Shown here: piece after piece, positions 1 to 10,888 of the stretch
Numbering within the stretch: position 1 is the stretch's first letter
Layout: each line of letters starts with the position of its first letter
NCBI RefSeq assembly: GCF_001194135.2
Contig: NC_069005.1
Location: 31,300,536 to 31,336,069, forward strand
Direction of reading: 5' to 3'
Length of the DNA stretch: 35,534 nt
From: Octopus bimaculoides
Taxonomy: Eukaryota
Translations under genes and position numbers: made by a program
The notes under the pieces: model-generated
What the model was told of the DNA's origin: nothing
The model's database searches: none
Seen by the model: only the letters and a program-made list of their open reading frames with translations

Positions 1-65
1 AAAGAGACGAAAGGGTTATGTAAATTCAGTCTTGCATGATTTTGTTTTTAAAAATCTTTTTTTTA

Positions 66-512
66 GGCATGGCTGTGTGGTAAGAAGTTTGCTTCCCAGT
101 CGCATGGCTCTGGGTTCAGTCCCACTGCATGGCACCTTGGGCAAGCACTTTTTATTATAGCCTCAGGCCAACCAAAACCTTGTGAAGGGATTCGAGAGAT
201 GGAAACTGAAAGAATCCTGTGTCTTCTACTATAGCCTCAGGCCGACCAAAGCCTTGTGAGTGAATTTGGTTGACGGAAACTGAAAGAAGCCCGTCGTATA
301 CATATATGTTTGTGTGTCTGTGTTTGTCCCCCGCCAGCATCGCTTGACAACCAATGCTGGTGTGTTTACGTCCCCATAACTTAGCCATTCGACGAAAGAG
401 ACTGATAGAAAAAGTACTAGGCTTACAAAGAATAAGACCTGGGGTCGATTTGCTCGACTAAAGGCGGTGCTCCAGCATGGCCGCAGTGAATTGACTGAAA
501 CAAGTAAAAGAG
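66..512 (+). mobile_element. tRNA-derived SINE, family A, with internal ~75-bp duplication
   Basis: tRNA-like head (ggctgtgtggtaag...gggttcagtccca), CA/TG tract and 3' end gactgaaacaagtaaaag. Homologous copies at 6960-7175, 11600-11710 and 22343-22707. Confidence 0.85.
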
Positions 513-599
513 TGTATTGAAGCCTATTTGCTTCAGTAAAGGTACATCAATTTGCTCTACTCCTGCAGGTCATCACTTTGGTTTTAACATCCAGAAACT

Positions 600-1100
600 G
601 TCACTCCACCAGTTACAACAAGAAGAGTCCCAATTGATTTGATTAATGGAACAGTATAACATTCAAGTGGCTGAGTACTCCACAGCCACGTATACCCTTA
701 ATGATGTTCTCAGGGAAATGACGCAGAATATTTTCTACTCTAGGAACAAGGCCAGGGGAGGGGACTAGTCAATTAGACCGACCTTTATCGACCCTGAAAT
801 GAGGAAAGGCAAAGTTGACCTCGGAGGAAATTTGAACTCAGAACATAAAGACAGACGAAATACTGCTAAGCATTTTGCACGGTGTGCTAACCACTCTGCC
901 AGCTCACCACCTTCAGCATGGCACAAAATGTGACAAGGCTTTCCCCTGTTGAATTACTGGTATAACTCGTTTTCACCACTGAGTGGACTAGAGCAATGTG
1001 AAATAAAGTGTCTTGCTCAAGGACACAACATGCCCCCTGGGAATTGAACTCGTGATGTAACGATTGTGAGCTGAATAGTGTAACCACTAAGCCACACATG
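600..1100 (-). mobile_element. Composite of decayed SINE fragments (family D body, family B, SINE head)
   Basis: Similarity to other copies in the window (aggcaaagttgacctcgg...tttgaactcag; gtcttgctcaaggacacaac). Confidence 0.7.
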
Positions 1101-1213
1101 CACATTCATTAACTCCCAGAAAAATCTACCACACAACAAGGATATTGTTTGAAACAGACCTGATCAATCTCATAAAATTAAATTTAATGACGACAAACAG
1201 TTTCAAACCTGAT

Positions 1214-2145
1214 CTAACCGTTTAGCATTTAGATTACTCTTGTCAAATACTATTCTTATTTATTCACACAGTTTTGAATTAATCCTGGATTATCTCATAG
1301 CTCCATTTGTGTGGATGGATGGATGGATGGAGTGAGGAAAGCTTTAATGGTTAGAGGTGCTAGAGTGAGAGAGAAGCAAGAGAGGTAGGAAAGCTTGAGT
1401 GGATTGATGTTGCTTCAAAGGGGTACGTAACCAGCATGATGTGATGGGGTAAACCAGCATATGCTGATATTAGGGGTTGCTTTCTATGCCTTGACCCGAG
1501 CATGAGACGGGGCTTGCCTCTGAGCTGGGAAATGAATGGAATGCCTGGTGTGTGTATTTTGTTGTGACTACCCCCTCCTATGGAGAATAGGCCTTGGTAA
1601 ATTAAAATCTCACAGCTTCAAGATTCTGGTGATATGTTTGTTTTTAGAATAACATTGTAGTATAGGTGTGAAAGGACAGATCCAGCTTCTCACACCTACC
1701 CTACAATCATTGTCATCATCGTTTAACGTCCGCCTTCCATGCTGGCATGGGTTGGACGATTTGACTGAGGACTGGTGAACCAGATGGCTGCACCAGGCTC
1801 CAATCTGATTTGGCAGAGTTTCTACAGCTGGATGTCCTTCCTAACGCCAACCACTCCGAGAGTGTAGTGGATGCTTTTACGTGCCACTGGCACAAAGGCC
1901 AGTCAGGAGGTACTGGCAATGGCCACGCTCAAAATGGTGTATTTTACGTGCTACTTGCACAGGAGCCAGTCCAGCGGCACTGGCAACGATCTCGCTCGAA
2001 TGTCTTTATACAATATCATTCTAAAATTAAATCCTCTTTACATCTTCGAAATCTCAAAGCTACGAGATAATTCCTGATTAATTCAAAACAATATGAATAA
2101 ATAAGCATTACATTTGACAGAGTAATCTGAACGCTGTAGGGTTAA
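1214..2145. mobile_element. piggyBac-type MITE with ~90-bp terminal inverted repeats and internal insertions
   Basis: 1215-1302 is the imperfect reverse complement of 2048-2145. The right end is AGGG|TTAA and the left end is degenerate (CTAA|CCGT). Internal hairpin at 1654-1707. Confidence 0.65.
1711..1990 (-). mobile_element. RTE-LINE/SINE 3' end with (GAT)n tail
   Basis: Reverse complement of ggttggcgttaggaaggacatccagc...aaggcggacgttaaacgatgatg. Same module at 4320-4575, 6085-6200, 16660-16815, 27470-27550, 28370-28490 and 32400-32552. Confidence 0.8.
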
Positions 2146-2323
2146 CCATAAAACAGGTAGACTATCTCAACCTGAAATGGCCATTTTAAATGCTAAAGGG
2201 TTAAAGAATACCTGTTCTGAAACAATTCCAGTAATTCTATTTGTACAACAAAACACAAAAATATATGAACTGAGCAGACAGCATTATGTGACTCACTCTG
2301 CTTAGTAATATCACAAGTATATA

Positions 2324-2531
2324 CAGGGTGTCCCGAAGGTCTGGGTACGTGGAGTAAATAAAATGATAACATAAACAATTAAATATAAAAAATAATAATT
2401 TCTTAAAATATGTGTTAATCCCCATGTGGGTACATGGAGTAAATAAAATCATAACATAAACAATTAAATATAAGAAATAATAATTTCTTAAAGTATGTGT
2501 TAATCCCCATGTACCCAGACTTTGTGGACAC

Positions 2532-2535
<4 letters not shown>
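2324..2535. mobile_element. Tc1/mariner MITE with TA target duplication and 85-bp internal tandem duplication
   Basis: TA|CAGGGTGTCCCGAAGGTCTGGGTAC ... GTACCCAGACTTTGTGGACACTCTG|TA. Units at 2342-2426 and 2427-2511. Confidence 0.88.
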
Positions 2536-2570
<35 letters not shown>

Positions 2571-3097
2571 AAAAATAAATCGCAGTGCATAGAATAAGAT
2601 TACAATGATGAAGCCAAATGCCTAGTGAAACAGCTGGATGTAGCAGACACTACAGCATTGTANNNNNNNNNNNNNNNNNNNNNNNNNNNNNNNNNNNNNN
2701 NNNNNNNNNNNNNNNNNNNNNNNNNNNNNNNNNNNNNNNNNNNNNNNNNNNNNNNNNNNNNNNNNNNNNNNNNNNNNNNNNNNNNNNNNNNNNNNNNNNN
2801 NNNNNNNNNNNNNNNNNNNNNNNNNNNNNNNNNNNNNNNNNNTATATATATATATATATATGGGTCATATGTACAGAAAACAAGAGACAAAGACAGGTGA
2901 GGGAACAACAAGCAGGTGTATTAGTTTGACGCTTGAGAAGAATAGAAAAGTCTTTGCTATTTTGAGCCTATGGTCTTTGACAAAAACTAACAATGGAGAG
3001 AGAAAAAAGTGTCAGGATTAACGATGTAATATGATGAACATATGCATATGGTGAAAAGTCACAACTTTAGCCAGTTATGTATAGCAATTAAAAGAGA

Positions 3098-3215
3098 ATG
3101 CAGTACTGTTTAAAAGCAGCTGGGGGTTACTGGAACATATCTAGGCCATATTTTATTGGTAGTAGGAGATGCAGACTCTGCTCGGTGGAGAAGAGAACCA
3201 TTCTAAAATATCCAT
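3098..3215 (+). mobile_element. Penelope-like element GIY-YIG endonuclease C-terminal remnant
   Basis: ISRPYFIGSRRCRLCSVEKRTILKYP resembles the PY...C.LC..EK..IL end of PLE endonucleases (recalled pattern, not searched). Confidence 0.55.
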
Positions 3216-3522
3216 ACATGGCCTATGCAAGAGATGGCTGTGAAAATAGCACGCACACACATACAATACATGTATATCAGTTAGATGACCATAGAAGAAA
3301 AAGAGTACACTCTGTATGAGAAACAGAACATATCCAACCAGGGTCTAGTTATACCTCTAGCATAAAAGGGGTGATGCAGTTCCAGCTACCATGACTAAAG
3401 TGTTGTCAGTATTGCCAAGTGCAATAGTCAGCATGAAACCAATGGTATATTACTGGTTATATGCCATAACCAGTAATATACTGCTCAACTAGTTAGACAG
3501 ACAGATAAATAGATGGTAAGCT

Positions 3523-3589
3523 AAAACATGGCCATACTGCTATGGATGCCAAAACATGGCCATACTGCTATGGATGCCAAAACATGGCC
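3523..3589 (+). repeat. 28-bp tandem repeat x2.4
   Basis: aaaacatggccatactgctatggatgcc repeated exactly. Confidence 0.9.
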
Positions 3590-3745
3590 CTATTTAGGCA
3601 GGTTGTCTAAGTAACATATGTAGATCAACTCGCCAGAAACAATGGATGCCACCCCAAAGACCTTCCTCAACTAATACAGGACTGAGATGGATGGCATGTG
3701 CAGGTTAAAAATGTTCAAGCAAGCTCAACCAGGTAACAATGATGA
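3590..3745 (+). mobile_element. RTE-type LINE 3' end remnant
   Basis: YVDQLARNNGCHPKDLPQLIQD*DGWHVQVKNVQASSTR* followed by a GAT tail. Confidence 0.55.
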
Positions 3746-3841
3746 TATATAGATACATATGTACACATATAGATAATAAGAATAGGATGGAGTAAATTCA
3801 GAGAGCTGTTACCGCTGTTGGTCATGAAAGGTTTCTCTCTC

Positions 3842-4575
3842 TAAGTGAAAGGAAGATTATATAATGCATGTATACAGACAGCAATTCTACATGGTAATAA
3901 GACATGGGCCCTGGATGCAGAGGACAAGCGATGGTTAGAAAGGAATGAGGCTAGTATGCTCCATTGAAGGTGTGATATAAGTGTCCATGCTCGACAGAGT
4001 GCTAATGTTTTGAGAGAGAAGTTAGGCATAAGAGGAATTAGTTGCTGTGTGCAAGAGAGAAGACTGCATTAGTTTGGTCATATGATGCGGATGGATGCTG
4101 ACAGCTCCATAAAGAAGTGCCAGTGGATGGAACACACGGAAGAGTGAGACCCAGAAAGACATGGGACGAAATACTAAAGAACAACCTCAGGAAGCTGAAC
4201 CTTTCAGGTGAGATGATGACAAAGGACCAAGATACCTGGCACCTGGCCATACTCAAGAAGACCCACACCCTGCAGAAGAAGTCTTAAAACCAATCCTTCT
4301 GGTGGTGTAAAGCACTCATGGCAGTGCCACACAAAAGCACATGTGCAGTGCCACATAAAAGTGCCCATGTGGTGTCACATTAAAGCACTCCTGCAGTACC
4401 ATGTAAAAATATCCAGCACACTCTGTAAAGTGGTTCGTGTTAGGATGGGCATCCGGCCATAGAAAGCATGACAAATCAGACTGGAGTCTGGTGCAGATCC
4501 CCAGCTTGCCAGTTCTGGTCAAACCACATCCAACCCATGCCAGCATGGACAACAGGACGTTAGATGACAACGATG
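3842..4575 (+). mobile_element. RTE LINE, ORF C-terminus and 3' UTR, decayed
   Basis: GRLYNACIQTAILHGNKTWAL...LREKLGIRGI...ERRLH*FGHMMRM with in-frame stops, followed by the 3' module. Confidence 0.88.
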
Positions 4576-4578
4576 GTG

Positions 4579-4617
<39 letters not shown>

Positions 4618-4726
4618 CAACACAAAGGAGAGAGGATCAAAATAATTATGGTTGCATCTTTTTCTAACATGATTCTGTTAACCAGGATGGAAAAGGCTTT
4701 TTATCATGGAGAAAATTTTTTTTTTA

Positions 4727-4817
4727 CAAGGGGGGACCCACCCGCAACTACAAGGGGTCCACTCGCAACTGCAAGGGGGCCGCCCGCATCTACAAGGGGG
4801 CTCACCCACAACTACAA
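4727..4817 (+). repeat. ~21-24-bp GC-rich minisatellite x4
   Basis: caagggg(g)..cacccgcaacta units. Confidence 0.75.
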
Positions 4818-5422
4818 TGCTATCGTTTCATTTTCTTTTTTTTTTTTTTGTTAAAAGTATTCTTTTCAACTGTCTACAAACACAGCCAGGCTGAAATAAT
4901 TAATGCATTCTTCCAGGAGTGAATAAAAATTTCTCAAACTTGAGGGGATGGAGCCCTTAGATACTAACAAGGGCCCCCACATATGGATTCTAATGACGCA
5001 GGGACCCGCTTGCCATCAGGCAACCTGACAACCTGGCCAGTCCACCACTGTCAATGGTCATAGACGCCCTTGTCATTTGTCTCCACTCCAAGGTTACCCT
5101 ACAGACATCTGTGGCTTCACTGTTCCAGTATGAAATGATACATACTCGTTCATCTCCTGAAAGTCTAGCTCTAGCTAAACTTTATCTCGAGTCAGCTAAG
5201 CTACAACTCTTCACCTCGTCTTTCAAGGGAATTAAGATACCTGGGTATGGGACTGGGTTTATTTGATATCAGACGTCTCCCCTCCCCGAGACCTTTTCAC
5301 GCCACGAAAATTTTGTTATTCTAGCTAACGACTAGCTTATAAGCACAACTACTATGTTATTTGGCTACAAAACATGGTTCAGCTTTCTGCTTCGCTTGGT
5401 GTGTATGATGGCTGGGGAAGCA

Positions 5423-5700
5423 TTGACAAAACGCGGAAAAGAAAAATGTTCCCGCGATGGATTTCCATACAACTTTAACAAAGTAAGCAAAATCGACTGT
5501 GAATTGAAATTTTGGTCTGGTGTGCGGGGAAATCGATGCAAAGCAAGACTACATACAAAAGTTTTGGGAAGTGGTGAAGAATATTAAATTTCCATTCACG
5601 TGAAGCTTCGCCAGCATAACAAGTTGCATATTTTAGAACAAATCTAAAAAACGGACAGCAACCGAATTAGAACAGTAAACGGAGAATACAGTACAAACAA
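5423..5700 (+). mobile_element. Decayed FLYWCH zinc-finger / Mutator (MULE)-like transposase fragment
   Basis: LTKRGKEKCSRDGFPYNFNKVSK...KFWSGVRGNRCKARLHTK, then a frameshift to a G-EVVKNI..HS-like segment. Matches the FLYWCH layout with the first Cys lost. Confidence 0.65.
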
Positions 5701-6299
5701 TAATTCAGAGGCAAGACCATCGTTGACTGCAATATCAACTTAGTATACAATGACCAAGAACATGGAAGTTAGATGGATTGCGTAAGATTCAGAAAGGGAG
5801 AGGAATGCCTATTATGAACGTTTGTTTATTGGATATGAACCACTTCAAGATATGAAACTATTACGAATTTTGCAAATATGAATGCTGTTGAGCACCCGAG
5901 CAGTATTGCTCATAATTACCAAATGAAGAGCTGAATAAAGTTTTCTCTTAAAAAGAATATTTCCTTTCATTTAATAACAAATCTTTCACTTAACGATTGT
6001 GTCATATAAAGGGAGATAACTCCCATTTAACTATACCAATCGATTATATTGTTTCCTCTCTCTCTCATTCCCATTACGTATCATCCTCCTTATCATTTAA
6101 CGTCCGTAGTCCATGCTGGCATGGGTTGGACGGTGTGACCAGAGCTGGCAAGCTAGTGGGGGGGGGGGCTGCACCAGACTCCGGTGTGATTCGGCATGGT
6201 TTTTTTTTATGCATATATGAAATGGGAACGTGTTCGTATCAATAGCAATCGAGATTATTTAATGTTTCTCTCGTTCACTCTCTAGTGTGTGTATTCCTT

Positions 6300-6935
6300 C
6301 GTTCTCTCCTTCGCTTCTTATACCAAAAGGTGCCGCCGGCGTCAAATAGACCATCACCAAAGCAGGATCCGGTGTCCAGTCAGCGGAGTGGAAACATCGG
6401 CGTCCAATCGTCCCATTCTGAAGATAATCCTTCCCAATCCGTTTGTTCACCTCTCATTATCGAATTCGTTCCTGGCCTCCCATTTCGTAGTATGTTCATA
6501 GCAGCTCACCTTGTTTCTCAACGTCGGGGGCTCCTACTTCTAGAAATACTTCACAGTCCATCACTCGCTGTCAAACACAACCAGGAAATCCTCGTCTTCG
6601 ATCCTGTCCGTGGTATTCCTTTCCTGAGCTCACGCTACGCAGCGCACTGCCTCCCAAACTCTACTCCTATCTTGCCAACCATAAAGCTACCCAGCCAGCT
6701 CGTCACATCCATCACTATATCAATGTCACCCACAACCCTATCGACCACAATCTCCTATTCCCTCACTGACGTTTACTGTCCCACCATTTTCACTACACTG
6801 ACACCTCTACATCTAACCTCCTCCTGCTAGCCTTAAGCCGGTTATTCCACTCCAGTTCCCAACCATCTTTGTGGTTACCAGCGCTGTTGTGCAGCGCGTA
6901 TCAATGAGTAAGCTCTTACTTCCCTTCCCACCGCT
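6300..6935 (-). mobile_element. Decayed LTR-retrotransposon pol fragment (aspartic protease + RT start)
   Basis: LLIDTRCTTALV (degenerate DTG motif), VDRVVGDIDIVMDV and EPPTLRNKVSCYEHT, with multiple stops and frameshifts. Confidence 0.6.
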
Positions 6936-6959
6936 AGGTAACGGGAACGTAAACACAAC

Positions 6960-7175
6960 AACACCAGTTGTCAAACGGTGGTAGGGGACAAACACATATA
7001 CATATAATTACACATACTGCGAGCTTCTTTTAGTTTCCGTCTAGCAAATTCACTAACAATGCTTTGGTCGGCCCTGAGCTATAGTGGAAGACACTTACCC
7101 AAGGTGTCGTACAGTGGGACTGAACTCAGAACCATGTGGTTGAGAAGCAAACGTCTTACCATATAGCCATGCCTG
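6960..7175 (-). mobile_element. SINE family A, 5' part
   Basis: Reverse complement of 66-330. Confidence 0.8.
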
Positions 7176-7659
7176 TACAAAATTTCATTAGAAAAATATT
7201 CATTTTTCTGAAATTTATGAGGAAACTAAGTCAGCGGTGTCGGGGCAGACTCGAGTAAGTAGTTCAATGAGACATGTCTTACTTTCTTAATTCAGGCCAC
7301 GACATCACCTTCGCAGGAAAAAGGCCTGAGAACATCACTACCAAACCTTATATTCCTATCTTTGTGGCTATGTTAATCGTCAACGACAGAAACAAGTGAC
7401 AACAGAAAATGCTGAAATAGTGTACGGTATGAAAGACGAACAAAAATAAAAGAAGACTCCTACCTGGCGCTTGTGGAGCGACTTCAAACAGGAAAACTAC
7501 TCAAAACTGCCACTGCAATTCGTTATGTAATCCTGGGACACTCACTAACCTGAACTTCTGGGTCAAAAATCAGTAATACACCAGAATTCTATCAGCATAC
7601 CTGTTCTATTTGGTTACCGTTCCATGAAGACAGCTGATTGAATTTCCCGCAATGTTGCC

Positions 7660-7674
7660 TGACGTCACTTCCGG
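7660..7674. promoter_or_regulatory. Overlapping ETS-CRE composite element (CCGGAAGTGACGTCA on minus strand)
   Basis: Exact 15-mer TGACGTCACTTCCGG in a non-repeat, locally CpG-containing stretch. Confidence 0.55.
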
Positions 7675-7787
7675 TGCATCACACAGCATCCCACAAGTAG
7701 AATGTGATTGGAAGATTTAACTGCTATTTCTAACCATCCCAATGAGCTCTACTTTATTGTATTTTAGAAATAATTTTATCCAAATTA

Positions 7788-7960
7788 GCGAACTGGCAGA
7801 ATCGTTAGCTTGCCGGGAAAAACGCCTAGCGACAATACGTTCGTCTTTACATTCTGAGTTCAAATTCCCCCGAGGTCAAATTTGCTTTTCAGGGGTCGAT
7901 GGAGTTAGTACCAGTTGAGTACTGGGTCGATATAATCGACTTACCCCCAGCCCTGAGACA
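7788..7960 (+). mobile_element. tRNA-derived SINE, family B
   Basis: gaactggcagaatcgttagc...ttctgagttcaaattc...ggggtcgat...agtaccagttg. Further copies at 8400-8570, 9500-9700, 23915-24088, 26562-26725 and 31060-33170. Confidence 0.82.
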
Positions 7961-9093
7961 AAATCTGAAACCAATAAAGAGTTGTCCAATATCTGGATAG
8001 TCAGAATCCAGAACACCCCCACTTACCATAATCTTGCGTAACCCGTCCAACACACTTTGGACCTTTGGCGTTTCATGTGTGTGTGTGTGTAACATAACTA
8101 TTTTTTTTAATGATGGAAACTGAAATTCCGGGCTTTTGGAGAATGTTTAAAATTCTTCCCGGACGCCAATTTGGACTGTTGAATCGAGGAAATGTCTTAG
8201 AAAATACAGACATATGGCAACCCTAGTCCAATTCATCCTCTATTAAAAATGGTAGAAAGTGATTTGAAGATTTGACCACTACTTTTTACGTGGTTGAGCG
8301 ACAATACAGGGATTTACTAAGAGTTGTCTCCCTTATCATGTCGGAATTCCTGAAGATATTTTCTCGTTCAATGACGATTTTTTTTTAATTTTGGAACAAG
8401 GCCAACAAGTTTGAGAGAGGAAGTAAGTCGATTATATCAACCCCAGTGTTCAACTGGTGCTTATTTTATTGACCTCGAAAAAAGTGAGTACCAGTTGAGC
8501 ACTGGAGTCGACATAATCGACTGACCCCTCCCCCGGAATTGCAGGTCTTGTGCCAAAATTTGGAACCAATATTGATATCGATTCCTTCACTTTTTTTATT
8601 TATTTTAGCTTAACATTATTTTCGCTTTTCTTCTTCAAATTGAAGAAAGCATTAACAACGCTACTTTGATATCCTGCATCTTTCACGAGCTCCTCCTACT
8701 GACATCACTCAATATTGATTCATTATCAAATTATAATTTAAACGAGATATTCTTTCAGAATTTAGGGACAATAATGATACAATAAATTTATCTAAAGAAG
8801 ATCAGCTTGTTGTTTTCGAATTGAATACAATGTCGAAACATGTAATAGACAACCCATATTTGTTGAGTGTGAACTGCTGCAATATTTAGGGACCTGCTAA
8901 AAGACTTCCCCTGGCCTGCTTTCAATTCGTCCCAGAGAAACCCCTTCTCTCTCTTTTTTTTTTTTCCTGCAATTGGAAGCAGGATTCAATCAGAATGCAC
9001 AGATCCCATAAAGGTATTGCAAGACATCTGGGTCAATACCCTAAGCTTCCACTAATTCATACCCCCTTGGTTGATATCTTTGTAAATCTTATT

Positions 9094-9458
9094 GTTGGCA
9101 CTCCGTCGCTTACGACATCAAGGGTTCCAGTTGATCCGATCAACGGAACAGCCTGCTCGTGAAATTAACGTGCAAGTGGCTGAGCACTCCACAGACACGT
9201 ATACCCTTAACGTAGTTCTTGGGGATATTCAGCGTGCCACAAGGCTTTGAATTACAGACACAACAGAAACAGGAAGAAAGAGTGAGAGAAAGTTGTGGTG
9301 AAAGAGTACAGCAAGGTTCGCCACCATCTCCTGCCGGAGCCTCGTGGAGCTTTAGGTGTTTTCGCTCAATAAACACTCACAACGCCTGGTCTGGGAATCG
9401 AAACTGCGATCCTATGACCGTGAGTCCGCTGCCCTAACCACTGGGCCATTGCGCCTCC
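9094..9458 (-). mobile_element. Full-length tRNA-derived SINE (family D) with 13-bp target-site duplication
   Basis: Head ggaggcgcaatggcccagtggttagggcagcggactc with A/B boxes. TSD TGTAAATCTTATT at 9081-9093 and 9459-9471. Confidence 0.93.
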
Positions 9459-10393
9459 TGTAAATCTTATTATGCACACAACAATCAGGTGGAAAAGCCA
9501 GTAGAATCGTTACCGTGCCAGATAAAATGCTTGGTGCCATTTCTTCTGGCCTTTTATGTTCTGAGTTCAAATGTCACCATGGTCAACTTTTCTTTCATCC
9601 TCTCAGGGTCGATAAAATAAGGCCCAGCTGGGCACTGGGGGTTGATAAAATTATCTTTGCTTCTCCCTTCAAAATTACTGGCATTGTGCCAAGAATGACA
9701 ATACTTCAACAAAAGTAAAAGAAAACTCATAACATTTGGTGAGGTATGTATTTAATATCAAGGGCTTATATTTTCCATCTTATACGCATTCCAGTATTGA
9801 GTTCTTTGTGTCTCTGTCCTTGGACGAAATGTTAGTCATTTCAATAACCAGACTCTGTCTTAGAATTTTACAGGGACAGTGAGTTACAGAATGCTATAAG
9901 CTGGAATGTGTGTGTGTGTATGTGTTTGTACATGGATTGATAATGTCTTTATTGTGCTTGTGTAGACGTATGCATGAATTTACATATGTACTTATGTTGG
10001 GGGTGTGTGTGTTTGTGTGTTTATGTGTAAGTATGTATGTATAAATGTGTTTTGTATGTATCTATGTGTGTGAATCGGATGGTTGACTTGGATTTCAAGT
10101 TTCACCTATCACCTTGTTCAACCAGTTGTTATATCTGCTTTAAAGTAACAACCATAATTATATATATATATATAAAGGTTATGAAGGGTAATGGAGTCAA
10201 CCAGACCCTAAAGATACAGGTACTACCGAGTAAGTGTTGTATACCGACTAGTTTTGCCCCAGATGTTGTTGTAACATGAATGGGGAATATAACATGGGTC
10301 GTGTATTAGCGTGTGTATATATAAGGAAAGAATGAGATCAAGAGACCAATGGCATAACTAAATTTATATTTTATGTAGAATGTCATTGGTCTT

Positions 10394-10399
10394 TTTATT
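10394..10399 (-). terminator. Candidate polyadenylation signal AATAAA
   Basis: AATAAA on the minus strand ~380 nt after the stop. The hexamer is common in AT-rich DNA, so support is weak. Confidence 0.25.
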
Positions 10400-10598
10400 T
10401 CATTCTTTTATATATACATATATATATATATAAGTACATGCATTTTTGACATGCTCTTCCAAACTAGAATGTGAAAGGCATTCACTGTGGCACTGTGTCT
10501 CACAGCAGAGTTTCCCTCGCAAGACTTTGGGGAGATAAAACCTGTGTGAGTGAGTGTGTGTGTCTGCTTTGAGAATATACACGAAATCATATGAATGC

Positions 10599-10652
<54 letters not shown>

Positions 10653-10777
10653 AGGATGTATATATGTATCACGAGAAAATTAACACATTGATGAAGGTAG
10701 GTGTGAAAGGGTCATATTTTTCAATTTGACTGAACTGAACTGCAAAACAACTTGGTTTATGTACACAATGCGATCTG

Positions 10778-10888
10778 TTACTTCCGATTAAATACTTTGG
10801 TGATCATTCTCACGGGTGAGTCGAACATAATGGTCGTGACGAACGACACACCGTACGTCAGTACTAAATGGCCGATGAAGGTGTACAT
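10778..10888 (-). CDS. Exon 15 (last coding): MYTFIGHLVLTYGVSFVTTIMFDSPVRMITKVFNRK*
   Basis: Acceptor tctttatatctttcctcag|, phase 0, TAA at 10780-10778. FDSP occupies the family's terminal FE.P position. Confidence 0.93.
   Translation of the reverse strand: MYTFIGHLVLTYGVSFVTTIMFDSPVRMITKVFNRK

Noticed and set aside
66-140. tRNA genes at SINE heads
   Set aside because: The tRNA-like A/B boxes continue into SINE bodies, with no complete cloverleaf or acceptor stem.
2953-2985. Second hammerhead near the Penelope-like fragment (also 18884-18912 and 19270-19345)
   Set aside because: Core nucleotides are mutated or GAAA and helices are missing; at best dead relics.
6285-6830. 181-aa plus-strand ORF as a gene
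   Set aside because: Antisense to a decayed retroelement pol; no splice or domain support.
7200-7400. Plus-strand GTAAGT...TTCAG mini-intron (7255-7295) and a flanking short frame
   Set aside because: The 41-nt intron is implausibly short, the frames close quickly, and the peptide is unrecognisable.
8210-8226. catatggcaacccta as an RFX X-box
   Set aside because: Equally consistent with a TAGGGTTGCCA-type hAT terminal repeat; cannot be distinguished here.
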